Part shown: positions 13,423-27,720 of the stretch, one piece after another | How positions within the stretch are numbered: position 1 is the stretch's first letter | How the letters are laid out: each line of letters opens with the position of its first letter | Made by a program: the position numbers and the translations under genes | Source: Octopus vulgaris | Taxonomy: Eukaryota | NCBI GenBank assembly: GCA_951406725.2 | Contig: OX597815.1 | Span: 112,220,001-112,284,000 of the forward strand | Direction of reading: 5' to 3' | Length of the DNA stretch: 64,000 nucleotides | Notes under the pieces: model-generated | Told to the model about the DNA's origin: nothing | Databases searched by the model: none | Seen by the model: only the letters and a program-made list of their open reading frames with translations

Positions 13423-13592
13423 GCGAAATGCTTAGCGTATTTCGTCTATCTTTACGTGCTGAGTTCAAATTCCGCCGAGGTCGATTTTGCCTTTCATCCT
13501 TCCGGGCGTCGATAAATTAAGTACCAGTTACGTACTGGGTTGATCTGATCGACTGGCCCCCTTCCTCCAAAATTTCGGGCTTGTGCCTATTT
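13423..13592 (+). mobile_element. 3' remainder of the family B SINE split by the Tx1-like LINE
   Basis: GCGAAATGCTTAGCGTATTTCG...GAGTTCAAATTCCGCCGAGGTCG...CTTGTGCCTA continues the head at 9213-9251. Confidence 0.82.
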
Positions 13593-16500
13593 ATTTATTA
13601 GATTCCTTGAATGTTTTCGTATGACTGTAATTGTTGTAATACGGCAGCTTATCTTATGAATTAATATTCCAAAGAAATATTACCTTAGATAATATAATCA
13701 GTTCCTTGCACTTACAAAAGGGTGTAATTACCAAGGTTGATAAACCTTGAACCAGAAACGTGACTGTCCTGTTCTGAACGGGGTTAAATGCATCGTCGAC
13801 AAAAACAGAACTTCAGTGCGTTTATTTATTGCAGCCAAAGTGCCCGCAACACCTAGGGAACAGGCAGTCAACTACATCCCAAATATAAGTGAAACATTTC
13901 GAAAAATGGTGCTTACAAGAAAAAAAAACATTTCAACTCTATCTAAGAATGAATAGATGAAAATAAGATGTGAACTCAAATCAAGCTTCTTACTCTAACC
14001 TCCTTTTATTGTAAAACATTTATAAGAAATATTAGAGTTACATACATAGAGAAAAAGAAACAAACATAGATCAAAATCTTTTCAACCATTGAAATATGTA
14101 ATTCGAATTATTGTTAACTACACATGCATAACTTTTGGTGGTGGATCTAGCCGTAACTTTCCACTTACAATATTTTTGCACAGGTATTTGTGAGAATTTT
14201 GTCACAGAATATATCAGCAAATTCTAAAAATGTACAATATGAAGTTGAGAAGCATTTAAATCTAGTTTGTTTTTTTTTTTGTTTTCAACTTGAAGTTATA
14301 AAAAGAAAGACTTTCGGAAGTGTTGTGTGAAACATATCTTTGCGACATTTGTTGCTGAAGCTTCTGTGATTTTTTCATGTAATACTGCAACCGCATCAGC
14401 TATGATATTCTTAACAAATTTGCTGTCAGAATATTGGTGGTTTGCACGAGCAGTATTCCGTGATGGGTATATTAAGCTATAGCGGGAGTGAGAATTTTTA
14501 TTCACTTTTAAATGAGGTAAACCTTTATGTTTTGTCTGTCATATCTCAGTTAATACTAAACCAGAAACTTGAAACACCGATATGAGCTAAATAATATTCA
14601 AAAAAGTAAGGAAATATATCGCTTTAGGCTAGTTTTCTATCGTAGAATATTGTACGTGCTAAACGCCAACATTCTAATAGAGGCTTTTTGAAGAATAACA
14701 TAGCTCATGTTGCAGTAATAAATTTTAAAAATACACAGTTCAACATCAAATAGAACAGAGGCTTATTTCATACGACATAGCAAAAATGAGTTTCCCTCTG
14801 ATGTTGCAAGTAAAACTTAAGTATTATTTAAACAATCCAGCTGCCTTCTGCCTGCTTCACAAGGAATGACCAGACATACAAAGCAACACATAGCAGCTAA
14901 TCTTCATTTGTATTGCTCCCTTTGGTGTTACTATGAAAGAGGATGTTACACTTTGTGACATTAAACAAAACAATGTATGTTATTGATAATAAGGACGTGC
15001 TTAGCAGAAACTTGGCAAATGCTAATACCCCACTGAAAAAAAACTGTCAGTATGACATCAAATGTATACCAGCAATTATGGGAGAAATGCTGAAATAATT
15101 ACAATTAAGATGAAAGTTCAGTTTTCTTGATTTCTCCTCTGATCATGGCATTATGAGCGTAGTCAACTAGCGACGAAATAAGTTAAATATTAAACATGTT
15201 ATAGAACGTTTCCTTGAAATAATCAACTTCATGCTTTTAAAGGATCAGAGTCATAGGTATCTCAGAAATTTTATTAAGGAAATCTAGCTTCAAGATAACC
15301 TCAAATGCTTGTCTTTCTATAGCATTGTCTAATTTTGGAAATATATTTTCCTCCTAGATTTGAACACACGATTACAAAGAAACATTTATCATTAAGCTTA
15401 ACTATTTTCCGTTGTTTGACTATCTTTTTAGTTGTAGAATTGAAATCAGAATTGAAATCAGAATTCGCTTATTTTTGTCAGGCGTTGGTGTAGGTTGCTA
15501 TTGTAGTCAATGCATTCAATGCAGTTAAAACGATGTTCGGTCAAGATTTTAGAAACGTTATGCACACACACACACATGTGTGTGTATGTGTGCCTGTGTG
15601 TGTGTATGTGTGTGTATGCGTGTGTGTGTGTGTATGTTTGTGTGTGTGTGTGTGTGTAGCGGTCAACTTATCTCTGGCTAGTTAGATTGGGCAATGTCCG
15701 CTGTCTATAAATATTAATAACTGAATATTAGAAGGAAATGCTTTCCATTTCAATCAAAAACGCAAATTTAATTTGATGTAGTGTATTATTATTCATAACT
15801 GGCTATTACTTTTATGTTAGACACTATTCCTTATATATTTAAACCTAGATATATAAACTAATACATATTTATATTAAACTCAATGCCATGAGTGAAACTT
15901 CAAATTACAATGTGATGACAGGCCGATTTATGCTTCTATTATGATTAAATTAAAGATTGAGGAATGTGCACATATACAGTATCATATGTATTTCATTGAC
16001 AACAGAAGGTTGTGGAATGGATAGAGTGAGTTGTCCTACAATTTTAGTTTTATTTAACAATTTTAGTTTTATTTGTGGCAGGAAGGCACCGACTAAAAGA
16101 TTGGATTGAATCAATTTCTAAATATTACCTGTTATTCAATAAAATTATTTCGGTAAAACTTTATACTCTCGGCGCGAGTATGGTATTTAATATCCAGTGC
16201 ATAACCGAATAAACAAAAATCTAAAAGTTGAAATGCAATCGAAGAAGCAGACAAGAGATCAGTGTTGATATATATGGAGGGAAGAAAAAGAAAAGATTTC
16301 GATGATTTGACCAGTCCTATGTCAGATAAGAAGGATGAAAAACTAAAGCTTAACTTAGATCAATAAAATATGTTGAGCCAGGGGTAGACGTGTAGCCTAG
16401 AACTAATCGAAGGAGAAAAGACATTTTATCTGCAGAAACGTGTGTACTTCCTGTATGTAGTGCATGTATAGGATAGTATGTGTGACAAGTGTGGGGGGAA

Positions 16501-16818
16501 GTAGGCTGGGAAAAGGAAGTGTATGCTCGTCAAATCTGTGTCAACGAACAGATTGAATCAAGATGCAAAGAACTAAATTATTATCGTATGAACTTCATTA
16601 GCTTACAGTTGTTTCTGCCATAAGATGCAGTAGATTCATAGTTGAGAGCTTCAGAAACACAAGTTAGATTCCTCGAATACTTGAATATGAAGTGCAATTT
16701 ATTTGGGAAAGAATTACAATTGTGCCTGGTTAGGGAACAGCCCCAGCAACAAAAAAGTCAATGCAGATCTATATAAGAAAAGTATACGTCCAAAAAGTAA
16801 TTAGATGCATTAATGGAC

Positions 16819-16863
<45 letters not shown>

Positions 16864-16891
16864 CTCCTGATTATTGGACCCACAATCCTAG

Positions 16892-16924
<33 letters not shown>

Positions 16925-16926
<2 letters not shown>

Positions 16927-17137
16927 TCTTGCTCTTACTTGTTTCAGCCATGTGACTGTGGCCATGCTGGAGCACCGCCTTTAGTCAAGCAAATCGACCC
17001 TAGAACTTATTCGTTGTAAGCCTAGTACTTATTCTATCGGTCTTTTTTAGCCGAGTCGCTAAGTTGCGAGGACGTAAACACACCAGCATCGTTTGTCAAG
17101 CGATGTTGAGGGGACAAACACACCCACACAAACATAT

Positions 17138-17174
<37 letters not shown>

Positions 17175-17340
17175 TACGACGGGCTTCTTTCAGTTTCCAT
17201 CTACCAAATCCACCCACAAGGATTTGGTCGGCCCGAGGCTATAGTAGAAGACACTTGCCCAAGGTGCCACGCAGTAGGACTGAACCTGGAACCATGTCGG
17301 TCCTAAGCAAGCTACTTACCAAACAGCCACTCCTACGCCT
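16925..17340 (-). mobile_element. family A SINE, full length
   Basis: Reverse-complement match to 4507-4923 including the internal (TA)n. Confidence 0.88.
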
Positions 17341-18113
17341 TCTATATTGAAGGCGTGTGTATGCATATACTATGTGTATGCATATACATAGCTAAAGAGA
17401 GTTAACTTGATATATATATATGCACCACATATGTGGGAAATTCTGTCTGTGGTGTGTTTGTGGAGTTGTTAGCTAACTCCTCCCACATCGTTTTATCGAT
17501 TTTGATTAAACTTGATCCGTGAGTAGAACTCATGTCTGGAAACCTCATAGTTTACTCAGACTGTTGAAAAAACCAATAATAGGGTCCTGGAGGGCATCCT
17601 TATATATATATCTAATATAATTTATTTTAAAAGCCAAGGGAAATAACCCATTCGCCACCGGAAGGTATTCGTATATATATCCAAGGGAAATAACCCATGT
17701 ATTTTCCTAAATTATTTGGTATAAATCAAATTGAGTATGTTTATTTCTTAGTATTTGAACTGTTAGAGTTATTTTCATAATTTATCCAGTACAACTCTTA
17801 ACCAAGTAAATAGTATTTTCCTAAACAACGTATTTCGGTTAGTAACCTATTCACGAATATACCAACAGTAGCACCCCCGAGGATAATATTCTCTGAGAAC
17901 GCACAAAAGCCCTTTTCAAAGTTACTTACTTTTAATTGTTATTATCTCATATCTCATTAGCCTGCTATTACGTAACATGTTTCACAATTTTAGAATACAT
18001 ACTTATTAGTATTTCCTCCTATGTTCTATATACTTTGGGAACGCATTAAAGCCCTTTATATAAGAGTGCATATATATATATATATATATATATACAAACA
18101 TATATACATACAT

Positions 18114-18159
<46 letters not shown>

Positions 18160-18160
18160 G

Positions 18161-18208
<48 letters not shown>

Positions 18209-18700
18209 TATATACACATATATATGGATATATATATACACACGTTGAAAGAATGAGTCATACAGACACACAGGCAGACAAGCAGAAAGATAAATGCACA
18301 CGAACATTTAGTTTACATATATTCATCCTCTTCATATTATTGAGTATATAAATAGATTGGCTACTTGTTTCTCTGGGAATGTGTGAAAATCGTGTAGGCA
18401 CCACCGATGGGAAAGCAATATGTTATGAAAATCGACATGTGCTGTGCCACATTTCTTCAATAAATGGATAAATGGACAAATTTTCCGTTTATAAATCCAC
18501 TATATACGTTACAAGTATTAAGTCATATCTTGATTCTTTTGTTGATTGAAATCCCGGTCGAAAGCCTTCTGATATTAGATATAATGATAAAAACTACCTG
18601 CACGCAAATTGATTGTCCCATTTTCCTGCAGTTACTGGATTTGTTGATTATATAAGCAAAGTGTTGCTTGTTGCCTTTGAATTGGTTAAATTGATGTACA

Positions 18701-18745
18701 CACCTCTGATGAGACACTACTATGTTTCGAAAATCGACTGAGGTG
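18701..18745 (+). ncRNA. degenerate type-I hammerhead motif
   Basis: CACCT-CTGATGA-GACACTACTATGTTTC-GAAA-ATCGACTG-AGGTG. Stem I and both core boxes are present; stem III and NUH are damaged. Confidence 0.5.
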
Positions 18746-18950
18746 GTTTATAACTGTTCAATTCAATGCGAAATAGGGCAAGTTACTGTTTTTATGACTA
18801 CTATATAGGGTACACATGTAACAAACGCACATACACGCATACAAACGCACACGCACATGTATATATTCCTCTATTCTTTAACGTTTTTTAGTCATTTTAC
18901 TCTGGTCATGCTAGAGCACCGCAAACATATACATATCTGTATATATATAT

Positions 18951-19352
18951 ATAGTGAAGGGAAGAAATGGAGCCGAACGAAGATTCTACAAAATTCCTTT
19001 TTATTATTTTCTACACATATTTCAAAGGCTGCAAATTCCCAAATTCGGATTGAATAAGGAGACCATTCTGCAGCTTTCTCTTCAGGAAAATCCAGGAATT
19101 TAAAATCTCAAAACAAATGCGCAGCAAGCTTTTCGAACAAAACGCTCCCTAGGAGCCCATGGTAAAAATCTTTTACTCCATTTCTTCCCTGCACTAAATA
19201 TATAAAACTTTAATTATCCGCGCTAAAGCACGGGGGCGAAACCCCATGGTCGTAACCTCAACCGTGTCTTTTCTGGTGTGATTTTTGCTACACAGGTATC
19301 GGTTAAATTTTGAATAATCCGTAACAAGATAATTCATTTATCCATTTCATTA
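18951..19352. mobile_element. solo Naiad-type pLTR fragment with internal inversion; HHR at 19007-19090 (-)
   Basis: 18951-19168 matches 49135-49350 directly and ~19175-19352 matches 48982-49160 inverted. HHR TTTTC-CTGAAGA-stem II-GAAA-TATGTG-TA-GAAAA. Confidence 0.8.
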
Positions 19353-19381
19353 AATGTATATATATATATGTATATATATAC

Positions 19382-19440
<59 letters not shown>

Positions 19441-20371
19441 CAAATGTGTTGTTGAAAAGCACCTACATTTGAAAAACTTGTAATTGTTTAAACTGAATTT
19501 ATTTACATACACACCAAACTAGTTTCAAAAATACTTTTTGCTTATCAATGTTAAAAATTTAAAAATATGAATTAGGAAAACATCTTTAAAAGTTTCAATT
19601 TTGACATATTAAAATGTTAATAACTGACAAATTTAGAATTATGAATTAGAAAAACATGTTCAAAAATTTCGCTGATGACAGGTTTAACTGTTCATAATAG
19701 TCAATATTAAAACTGTGCATGGATTTGCTTGAATGAACAAAGTTCATTATTGCCAGTAGTGATCGGCAAGAAGTCAATATCATCAAAGTTTCCTAAAAAA
19801 AGGGATTTAGTTTACACTTTCACTGATCCTCTTTCCGTCGGGTGTAGGAAGTTTCATTTGTAGCAAAGCACACAAATTTAGGTGCATTTTCAATAAAACA
19901 TCCTTTCACAATGCTTTGGTTGGCCCCAGGTTGTAGCAGAATACATTTCACCAAGGTACCATACAGTGGGGCTGAACCTCGACCCATGTAGTTGGGAAGT
20001 AAGCTTCTTACCATACAGTCATGCTTATATATATATATTGTATATATATATATATATATATAAAATAATAAATATTAGGGAATAAATCCAAATTTACAGG
20101 GAAAAAAATCAGATTTAGGATTAAATCCAATTTTATAGTAAAATATTATAAAATATTATTAGAGACAAAACCACTATTTTGCAAAACAAACAAGGAAAGA
20201 CTTAATCAATACAATCCCCGAGAACTACGTTAAGGGTACACGTGTCTGTGGAGTGCTCAGCCACTTACACGTTAATTTCACGAGCATATTTTTTGACTAT
20301 TTATTAAAATTTTATGTATTGATTAAGTCTTTCCTTGTTTGTTTTGCAAAATAGTGGTTTTGTCTCTAATA

Positions 20372-20452
<81 letters not shown>

Positions 20453-20454
<2 letters not shown>

Positions 20455-20832
20455 AAGCACTCCGTCGGTTACGACGACGAGGGTTCCGGTTGATCCGATC
20501 AACGGAACAGCCTGCTCGTGAAATTAACGTGTAAGTGGCTGAGCACTCCACAGACACGTGTACCCTTAACGTAGTTCTCGGGGATATTCAGCGTGACACA
20601 GAGAGTGACAAGGCCGGCCCTTTGAAATACAGGTACAACAGAAACAGGAAGTAAGAGTGAGAGAAAGTTGTGGTGATAGAGTACAGCAGAGATCACCACC
20701 ACCCTCTGCCGGAGCCTCGTGGAGCTTTAGGTGTTTTCGCTCAATAAACACTCACAACGCCCGGTCTGGGAATCGAAACCGCGATCCTACGACAGCGAGT
20801 CCGCTGCCCTAACCACTGGGCCATTGCGCCTC

Positions 20833-20835
<3 letters not shown>
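20453..20835 (-). mobile_element. tRNA-derived SINE, family C
   Basis: Minus head GGAGGCGCAATGGCCCAGTGGTTAGGGC...GGTTTCGATTCCCAG carries A and B boxes. Embedded in (TA)n. Confidence 0.8.
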
Positions 20836-20881
<46 letters not shown>

Positions 20882-20915
20882 CATATATACATATATATTA
20901 TATATTACATTATAT

Positions 20916-20980
<65 letters not shown>

Positions 20981-20988
20981 ATATATAC

Positions 20989-21063
<75 letters not shown>

Positions 21064-21084
21064 TCTTTTACCTGTCTTGAGTTC

Positions 21085-21148
21085 GCTGCACTGAAGAAAA
21101 TAAAATGCATATACTGCATTGATTGCGAAATCACAGGTGATATGTAAC
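21085..21148 (+). ncRNA. type-I hammerhead ribozyme, copy 1
   Basis: GCTGCA-CTGAAGA-...AATGCA TATAC TGCATT..GC-GAAA-TCAC AG GTGA-TA-TGTAAC. Confidence 0.68.
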
Positions 21149-21569
21149 TAAATTCTGTTTTTAAATGACTCGCTTCGAAGATTGCATTCGGTACAATTTG
21201 TTTATTTTAGTAGTTTTGACTTTAAAAGTTCCTCCTAGTTGTCGGCATCTATGTGTAACAGTGCCCTCTATATAATATAAATAAATATTTTCAAGTTGAA
21301 AAAATTTACGGATTTTTTCTCTTACGAGGTTTTTTCACGCTAACTACTTGATAATTTCTTATGAAGATTTTATCCTATTTTTAAATTTATATTTTTCACC
21401 GGAATAGTTCAATTTTTGTTCCGAGTAAGCACGTTGTTACCGAAATGCAGTTCGAAAAGCCCGCCATTTACATAGATATGTAAGGATATACATTCCTATA
21501 TGCTGCGATGAACGCTGAGGTTGCTTATCTGGTATGTTGTGTTTGTTTATTAATACATGTCTTGAGTTC

Positions 21570-21633
21570 GTTGCACTGAAGAACATAAAATACATATACT
21601 GCATTGATTGCGAAATCACAGGTGATATGTAAC
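21570..21633 (+). ncRNA. type-I hammerhead ribozyme, copy 2
   Basis: GTTGCA/TGTAAC 6-bp stem I, CTGAAGA, GAAA, stem III ATCAC/GTGAT, AUA cleavage triplet. Stem II is partly decayed. Confidence 0.7.
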
Positions 21634-21771
21634 TAAATTCTGTTTTTAAATGACTCGCTTCGAAGATTGCATTCGGTACAATTTATTTATTTTAGTAGTT
21701 TTGATTTTAAAAGTCCCTCCTAGCGTGCGGTATCTATGTGTAATAGTGCCCTCTATATAATATATATGATA

Positions 21772-21943
<172 letters not shown>

Positions 21944-23329
21944 AATGAGTGTCGTGCGCCCACGCGTATGTGCTTATATCCATAATTTCTACCTTTTAAT
22001 TGTTTCACTCATCTGACTGCGATCACCACGGAGGATTTCAGTCGATCCATCTCTTTTGTGAAACTACTCTAGTATGAATACGTAAGCAATACAACACCGG
22101 AAGTCAAAAATACAGAGAGACTTGCATGATAAGATTCACATAATAGAGCATGGCATATAGCTAACACTATCACTGAGTCATCAGAACCTTCTCACACAAC
22201 TATCATCAGTTTCTGTATTTAGTATTTATCCTTAAATACTGAAACAGTAAATCATTCAGCATATCGATGGCAAACAAAATGGCTACCCCTCTATTCAAAA
22301 TCCACCCCTAACTTCCCACTTCCTGTCTCCATAACTACTATGACACTTGTCTCACAGCACGTAATATTTTCTTATAATTTCTCTTTCCTCCATGATTCCC
22401 AACGGGAGACATACACCCCACTGGTGGAGTCAAGGAAATTTGCAGACATACATCGAGTTTCCACAGTGTTTAGTTCAATGAAACTCATTCACGACACACT
22501 AGTCGGGCTATAACTATAGCAGGAAACACTTGTCCGAGATATTTTGCAGTAGGACTGAACCCGAAAACACTGGCCTGTATGTATATTATATCTGTGCGTG
22601 CGTGTGCATCTGTACGTATCTGCGCTTATGTCTGTAACTGCGTATGAATGTATGCATGCATGCATGAATGTACGTAAAATTGTGAAACTACAAGCTGGGT
22701 GGAGCAAGCTTGGTTTTATCTGAAGTGAAGTGATGTATAGTGATTCCTGCCAGCCTGCTTGTACTAACATTTCGTTATACATATTGCTGTTCTTTCGCAA
22801 TGCATAGAACTATTGATTTCTAACATCATATTACTGCGAGATAACTCACAAAACATATAATACCTTTTCGGCATGAAATTGAAAAGAAATTGTCCTGACA
22901 TTTCTAAGCTGGCTACCATTAACTGAGCGGAGAAAAATGATTTGGTAATGGCTAATTATCCTGAGCCCGCACTGAAAGACTATCTTGTACCTGGAAGCTG
23001 AAAACTTAGCTTGTTACCTGTGCGTGATATTTCTCAATTTTGCCAATATATAATATTTTCGGAAACGGGACAAAGTAACGAAAGACTGGCAGAAAAAATA
23101 CAATAATCATTTGCGTTTAGACACATTCAGCTCAGCATCGACAAATTCTAATTAGATATTTGTCTGGCATTAGATCGAAACACCACGTAAAAATGAGAGA
23201 AAGCATATATAGTAAGACACGTAGCTGCGCCAATCAAACAGTTTTATTTTATTCCTTTTATACCCAAAATATTTCACTAGTCATTTGCATATTATATGCA
23301 CACACACACACACACATATGTCTGGACGC

Positions 23330-23533
23330 CATGATAGATCGTTAGCTCCTACACGCATTTTTTTCTCTCCTTGTTTCTCTGCTTGTTTTTTTCTGCGTAT
23401 CTTTCTGTCGAAGAGCGTAGGCTCGAAACGTAAAAGACTTTTTCTATTTCTATTCCTGAGCGCTATACTAATACATTTGTGTGTTTGTACTCCACCTGCC
23501 TTCGTCTTTTGTTTATTTTCGTAAACCTTCCCG

Positions 23534-23537
<4 letters not shown>
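23330..23537 (+). mobile_element. short PLE-type cassette with variant hammerhead (23400-23437)
   Basis: TCTTT-CTGTCGAA-GAGC GTAG GCTC-GAAA-CG-TA-AAAGA. The 3' end runs into (TA)n. Confidence 0.7.
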
Positions 23538-23592
<55 letters not shown>

Positions 23593-23689
23593 ATGATGTG
23601 TAAATTGCCACCTCTTATATTTTTGAATTTCACGCATTCGCATTGTTTGTTTTGTATTTTGTCGAATACACAGTATAGTAGGGTCAGTT

Positions 23690-24634
<945 letters not shown>

Positions 24635-24899
24635 AATAATAAAAAGAATAAGCTTTCACCGTGTATTAGCTAAAGAAAATATTCTAATATTGCGGTACAT
24701 AAGCCCGCGACAGGTAAACGTCGGTTCCGTCGAGAATTATGCACACCACTTTTAGACTATTCTCTCTAGCCAATACAAGGTGATTGCTTATAAGCCTATA
24801 ATTATTTTTATTATTTACAGAATTTGCACTCATCGCCGTTACTTCATTTGTTGTAGAATATATATATATATGATTTTTCGTAAGCAGTGTCAAGTTTAC

Positions 24900-25059
24900 A
24901 ATAATGTAAATAATAATAATAATGATGATGATGATGATAAGAATAATAATACTAACAACAATAACAACAACAAAAACAACAACTGCAATAACAACAACAA
25001 TAACAATAATAATGATAATAATAATAATAATAATAATAATAATAGTAGTAGCAGTAGTT

Positions 25060-25143
<84 letters not shown>

Positions 25144-25181
25144 ATATCAGTGATATCAGTGATGATAATAATAATGATAAT
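24900..25181. repeat. compound (AAT)/(GAT)/(AAC)/(AGT)n trinucleotide microsatellite
   Basis: Directly visible; source of the poly-N/S/T/I/V ORFs. Confidence 0.97.
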
Positions 25182-26130
25182 GAAAAGAAACGGGTGGAGC
25201 CTCCCCATGGACTGATTAATAATACATCTAGTGATGGTGTCACAGTACAAACACTGGTAATTACACAACCTGTTAATCGCTACATTATATGAGTGACAAT
25301 GAAGAAACAAAATATCGTGAATAACGTTGGTAATGAAACTGAAGCCAATAATGGTGACAGTATTCCATCTGGCAGGTGAGAGAATCTGATCCGGCTCTAG
25401 CCTGTAGATACCCAGAAAGGGACCACCACACACGGCGTAGATAGAGCAAGCAAATTAATGCTGTGGTCATGGAGTGTTACTATCTGAGCCGCCCGGTAGA
25501 TTAAAATGGTGCTCAAATTAGGGGTTACCGACAACGTACGTATGATCATTGAAAAGAAAAACGGATTGTTTCACCTCACGGAACAGAGATTATGTGATCA
25601 AGCTAGACCAACAAGAAAAATATTTGGTTCACAGACGTAGAGCTCGAAGCTATCAAAAGACGGGTCATGGAAAATAGCAGCAGAGATAACAATAAAAATA
25701 CAGTTCTAATTAATAAGAGTAATCTCATATCACAGGAAAGGAGCAGAGGTAGTTTACTTGATGAGAGACATATAGATGATATAGAAGAAGACAATAAAAC
25801 TAATGGCGACATGGCAGCTGAACAAAAGGCTATCTACGACAAAATAAATGTAAGACTACAGGAGAACGATAGTGACATTCTTTGCAAACTTAGAAACGTT
25901 GATCGAGGGAAATTGAACCAAGAAAGGAAAAGTGTCAATGAAATTCTGAAATACATGAGAACAAACATCACAGAAACACATAATTTGATCAAGCAGCAAG
26001 TATTCTTATTGCAGAAAACGTGAGTGTTGATGTCAAGAAAAAGAAACATAATGGGAGTGACAAAAGGAGAGATCTATGGTGGAAAAGAAGGATTTTATGT
26101 AGGGTTAGACTTGCTCCTGAAGGAAATCTC
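25182..26130 (+). mobile_element. R4/Dong-like LINE 5' fragment
   Basis: Frameshifted translation RRR*SKQINAVVMECYYLSRP..RGYRQR..LTEQRLCDQAR..WFTDVELEAIK, NITETHNLI and WWKRRI matches the R4-clade N-terminus. Starts at an (AAT)-type tract. Confidence 0.72.
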
Positions 26131-27620
26131 GGTGTTAGAAAGAGATTATATAGATAGATATACAAACAGATACTCACACAAAAACAAATATATAGAAACA
26201 AAGATAAATATATATAAATTTTTGAGTGTGTGTCTGCATTTATGTATATGTATGCACATCGGTATATGAAAAGATATGCATCAAATTGTTTATGATTAGA
26301 AGGGTGTGGTGATAATTTTGTTATCAAGCATATTATTGTAAGAATATGACTTAAAATCCTATAACTTTCTTTCCTATGGGTTCTGCCGAATTATTGGGTC
26401 TTTAGATTGAGAACTACCCTCGCCTCAATCACATTTTGCTACGTCTCGTAGAACCAATTTGCCCTGTGCCAGAAGGCACGCTTTAAATTCAGAAAGCTTC
26501 ATGCCAGAACAGCATTTTGTATCTAAAGCTTTATGATATCGCCATGACATAGCGCTGTAATGGAAAGTTATTTATCTATTCTGAAAGAGGGAAAGAAAGG
26601 TTATCGATCCACAAGTTTAGCATTGCATTCTAAATGACGTTTTCTCGACACGGTTTTTTGACCGTTAAATTTGTTTGGTGTGTGTGCGTGTGTCTCTCTG
26701 TGTGTGTGTAGGTGGGTGTGTCTATTATCGTTTTTTGTGGTCGAATTGGAAGATACAATAATAGCAATTAAATATCAAAATAAAAAATTCTTTGGATAGG
26801 AAGATTTGGATAAGGTGAGATAAAATTTCATACTGTTTACCTTGAGAGAATAAAATAAATGTTATTTAACTGTCAAAAATCTGTTAAATTTAGCGATATA
26901 AGTTCGGGTCCCACGCCCAGCTGTCGATTTTACCATTAAAGCAGTTTTTGACACAATATTTACACATTATTTACAATATTTATAGTTTATTTCATGTCTC
27001 TTGAAATATTAAAATTCTCATGATGTAAACAGCGTATGATTTTCGCTGATCAGAACAAAACCCAGAAAATGGATCGAGACATTCTAAGGATTGCTTTGAT
27101 ACAGTTGTAAAACGTCTCTAATGTTTACAAAGAGCGGTAATTACCAAATTCACAAGTAGGCAGCCTTCGACATTTCCATCTAAGGAAATTTCAATGTAAT
27201 ACTTACCAGCTGTTATTTAAAACCTGACTTAAAAAGGATTTAACAAATCCTACCTATCAGCTGGTGCTATTAAGTTAGACATGGTCTGGATTAATCTTTG
27301 CTCGAAACATATCTAAATTTCACGTCGATCGTTTACTTGTATGTCCACTCTGGAGTCATTTGTTCGTTCGAAGCCCTAAGTCTCCACAATTTTTATATTT
27401 TTTTAATTTCTGGATGTTGCTGCCTTATGACGTTTTCATGTCTTGTTGTTAAAAGCACGAAACAGGTAATAATAAACAGTCCACAACTGAGAAGAAGTTA
27501 GACTTCTTTTGTATTTTGACCCGTACTTGTCTCTCGTTTTGTGTTTACCTATTTTTCGCTCGTTGCTGATGCCCTGTACTTAATGTGTATTTTTCATTTT
27601 TAGTTAAAATATATATATAT

Positions 27621-27677
<57 letters not shown>

Positions 27678-27720
27678 GAGTTATTAGTATTGCAATACTT
27701 AAGTGATATATTAATGCATA

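Larger units (their letters stand above)
21073..21762 (+). mobile_element. non-coding HHR-bearing tandem element (485-nt unit, ~1.4 copies), retrozyme/pLTR-like
   Basis: 21073-21275 is repeated at 21558-21760. Both copies carry an HHR, and the element is bounded by long (TA)n. Confidence 0.75.

Noticed and set aside
14600-15500. Possible hAT (ZMYM1-like) transposase remnant, e.g. VIERFLEIINF
   Set aside because: Only one short motif is recognisable, with no TIRs or continuous frame. It would need a profile search.
16601-16658. HHR-like GAAACAACTGTA on the minus strand (similar weak cases near 1235-1285 and 17825-17860)
   Set aside because: The CUGANGA box or stem I is missing, so these are too decayed to call.
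20760-20835. tRNA gene
   Set aside because: The A/B boxes belong to a SINE head that continues into SINE body; no proper acceptor stem was found.
24684-25433. 249-aa, 170-aa and overlapping homopolymer ORFs
   Set aside because: Trinucleotide microsatellite artefacts.
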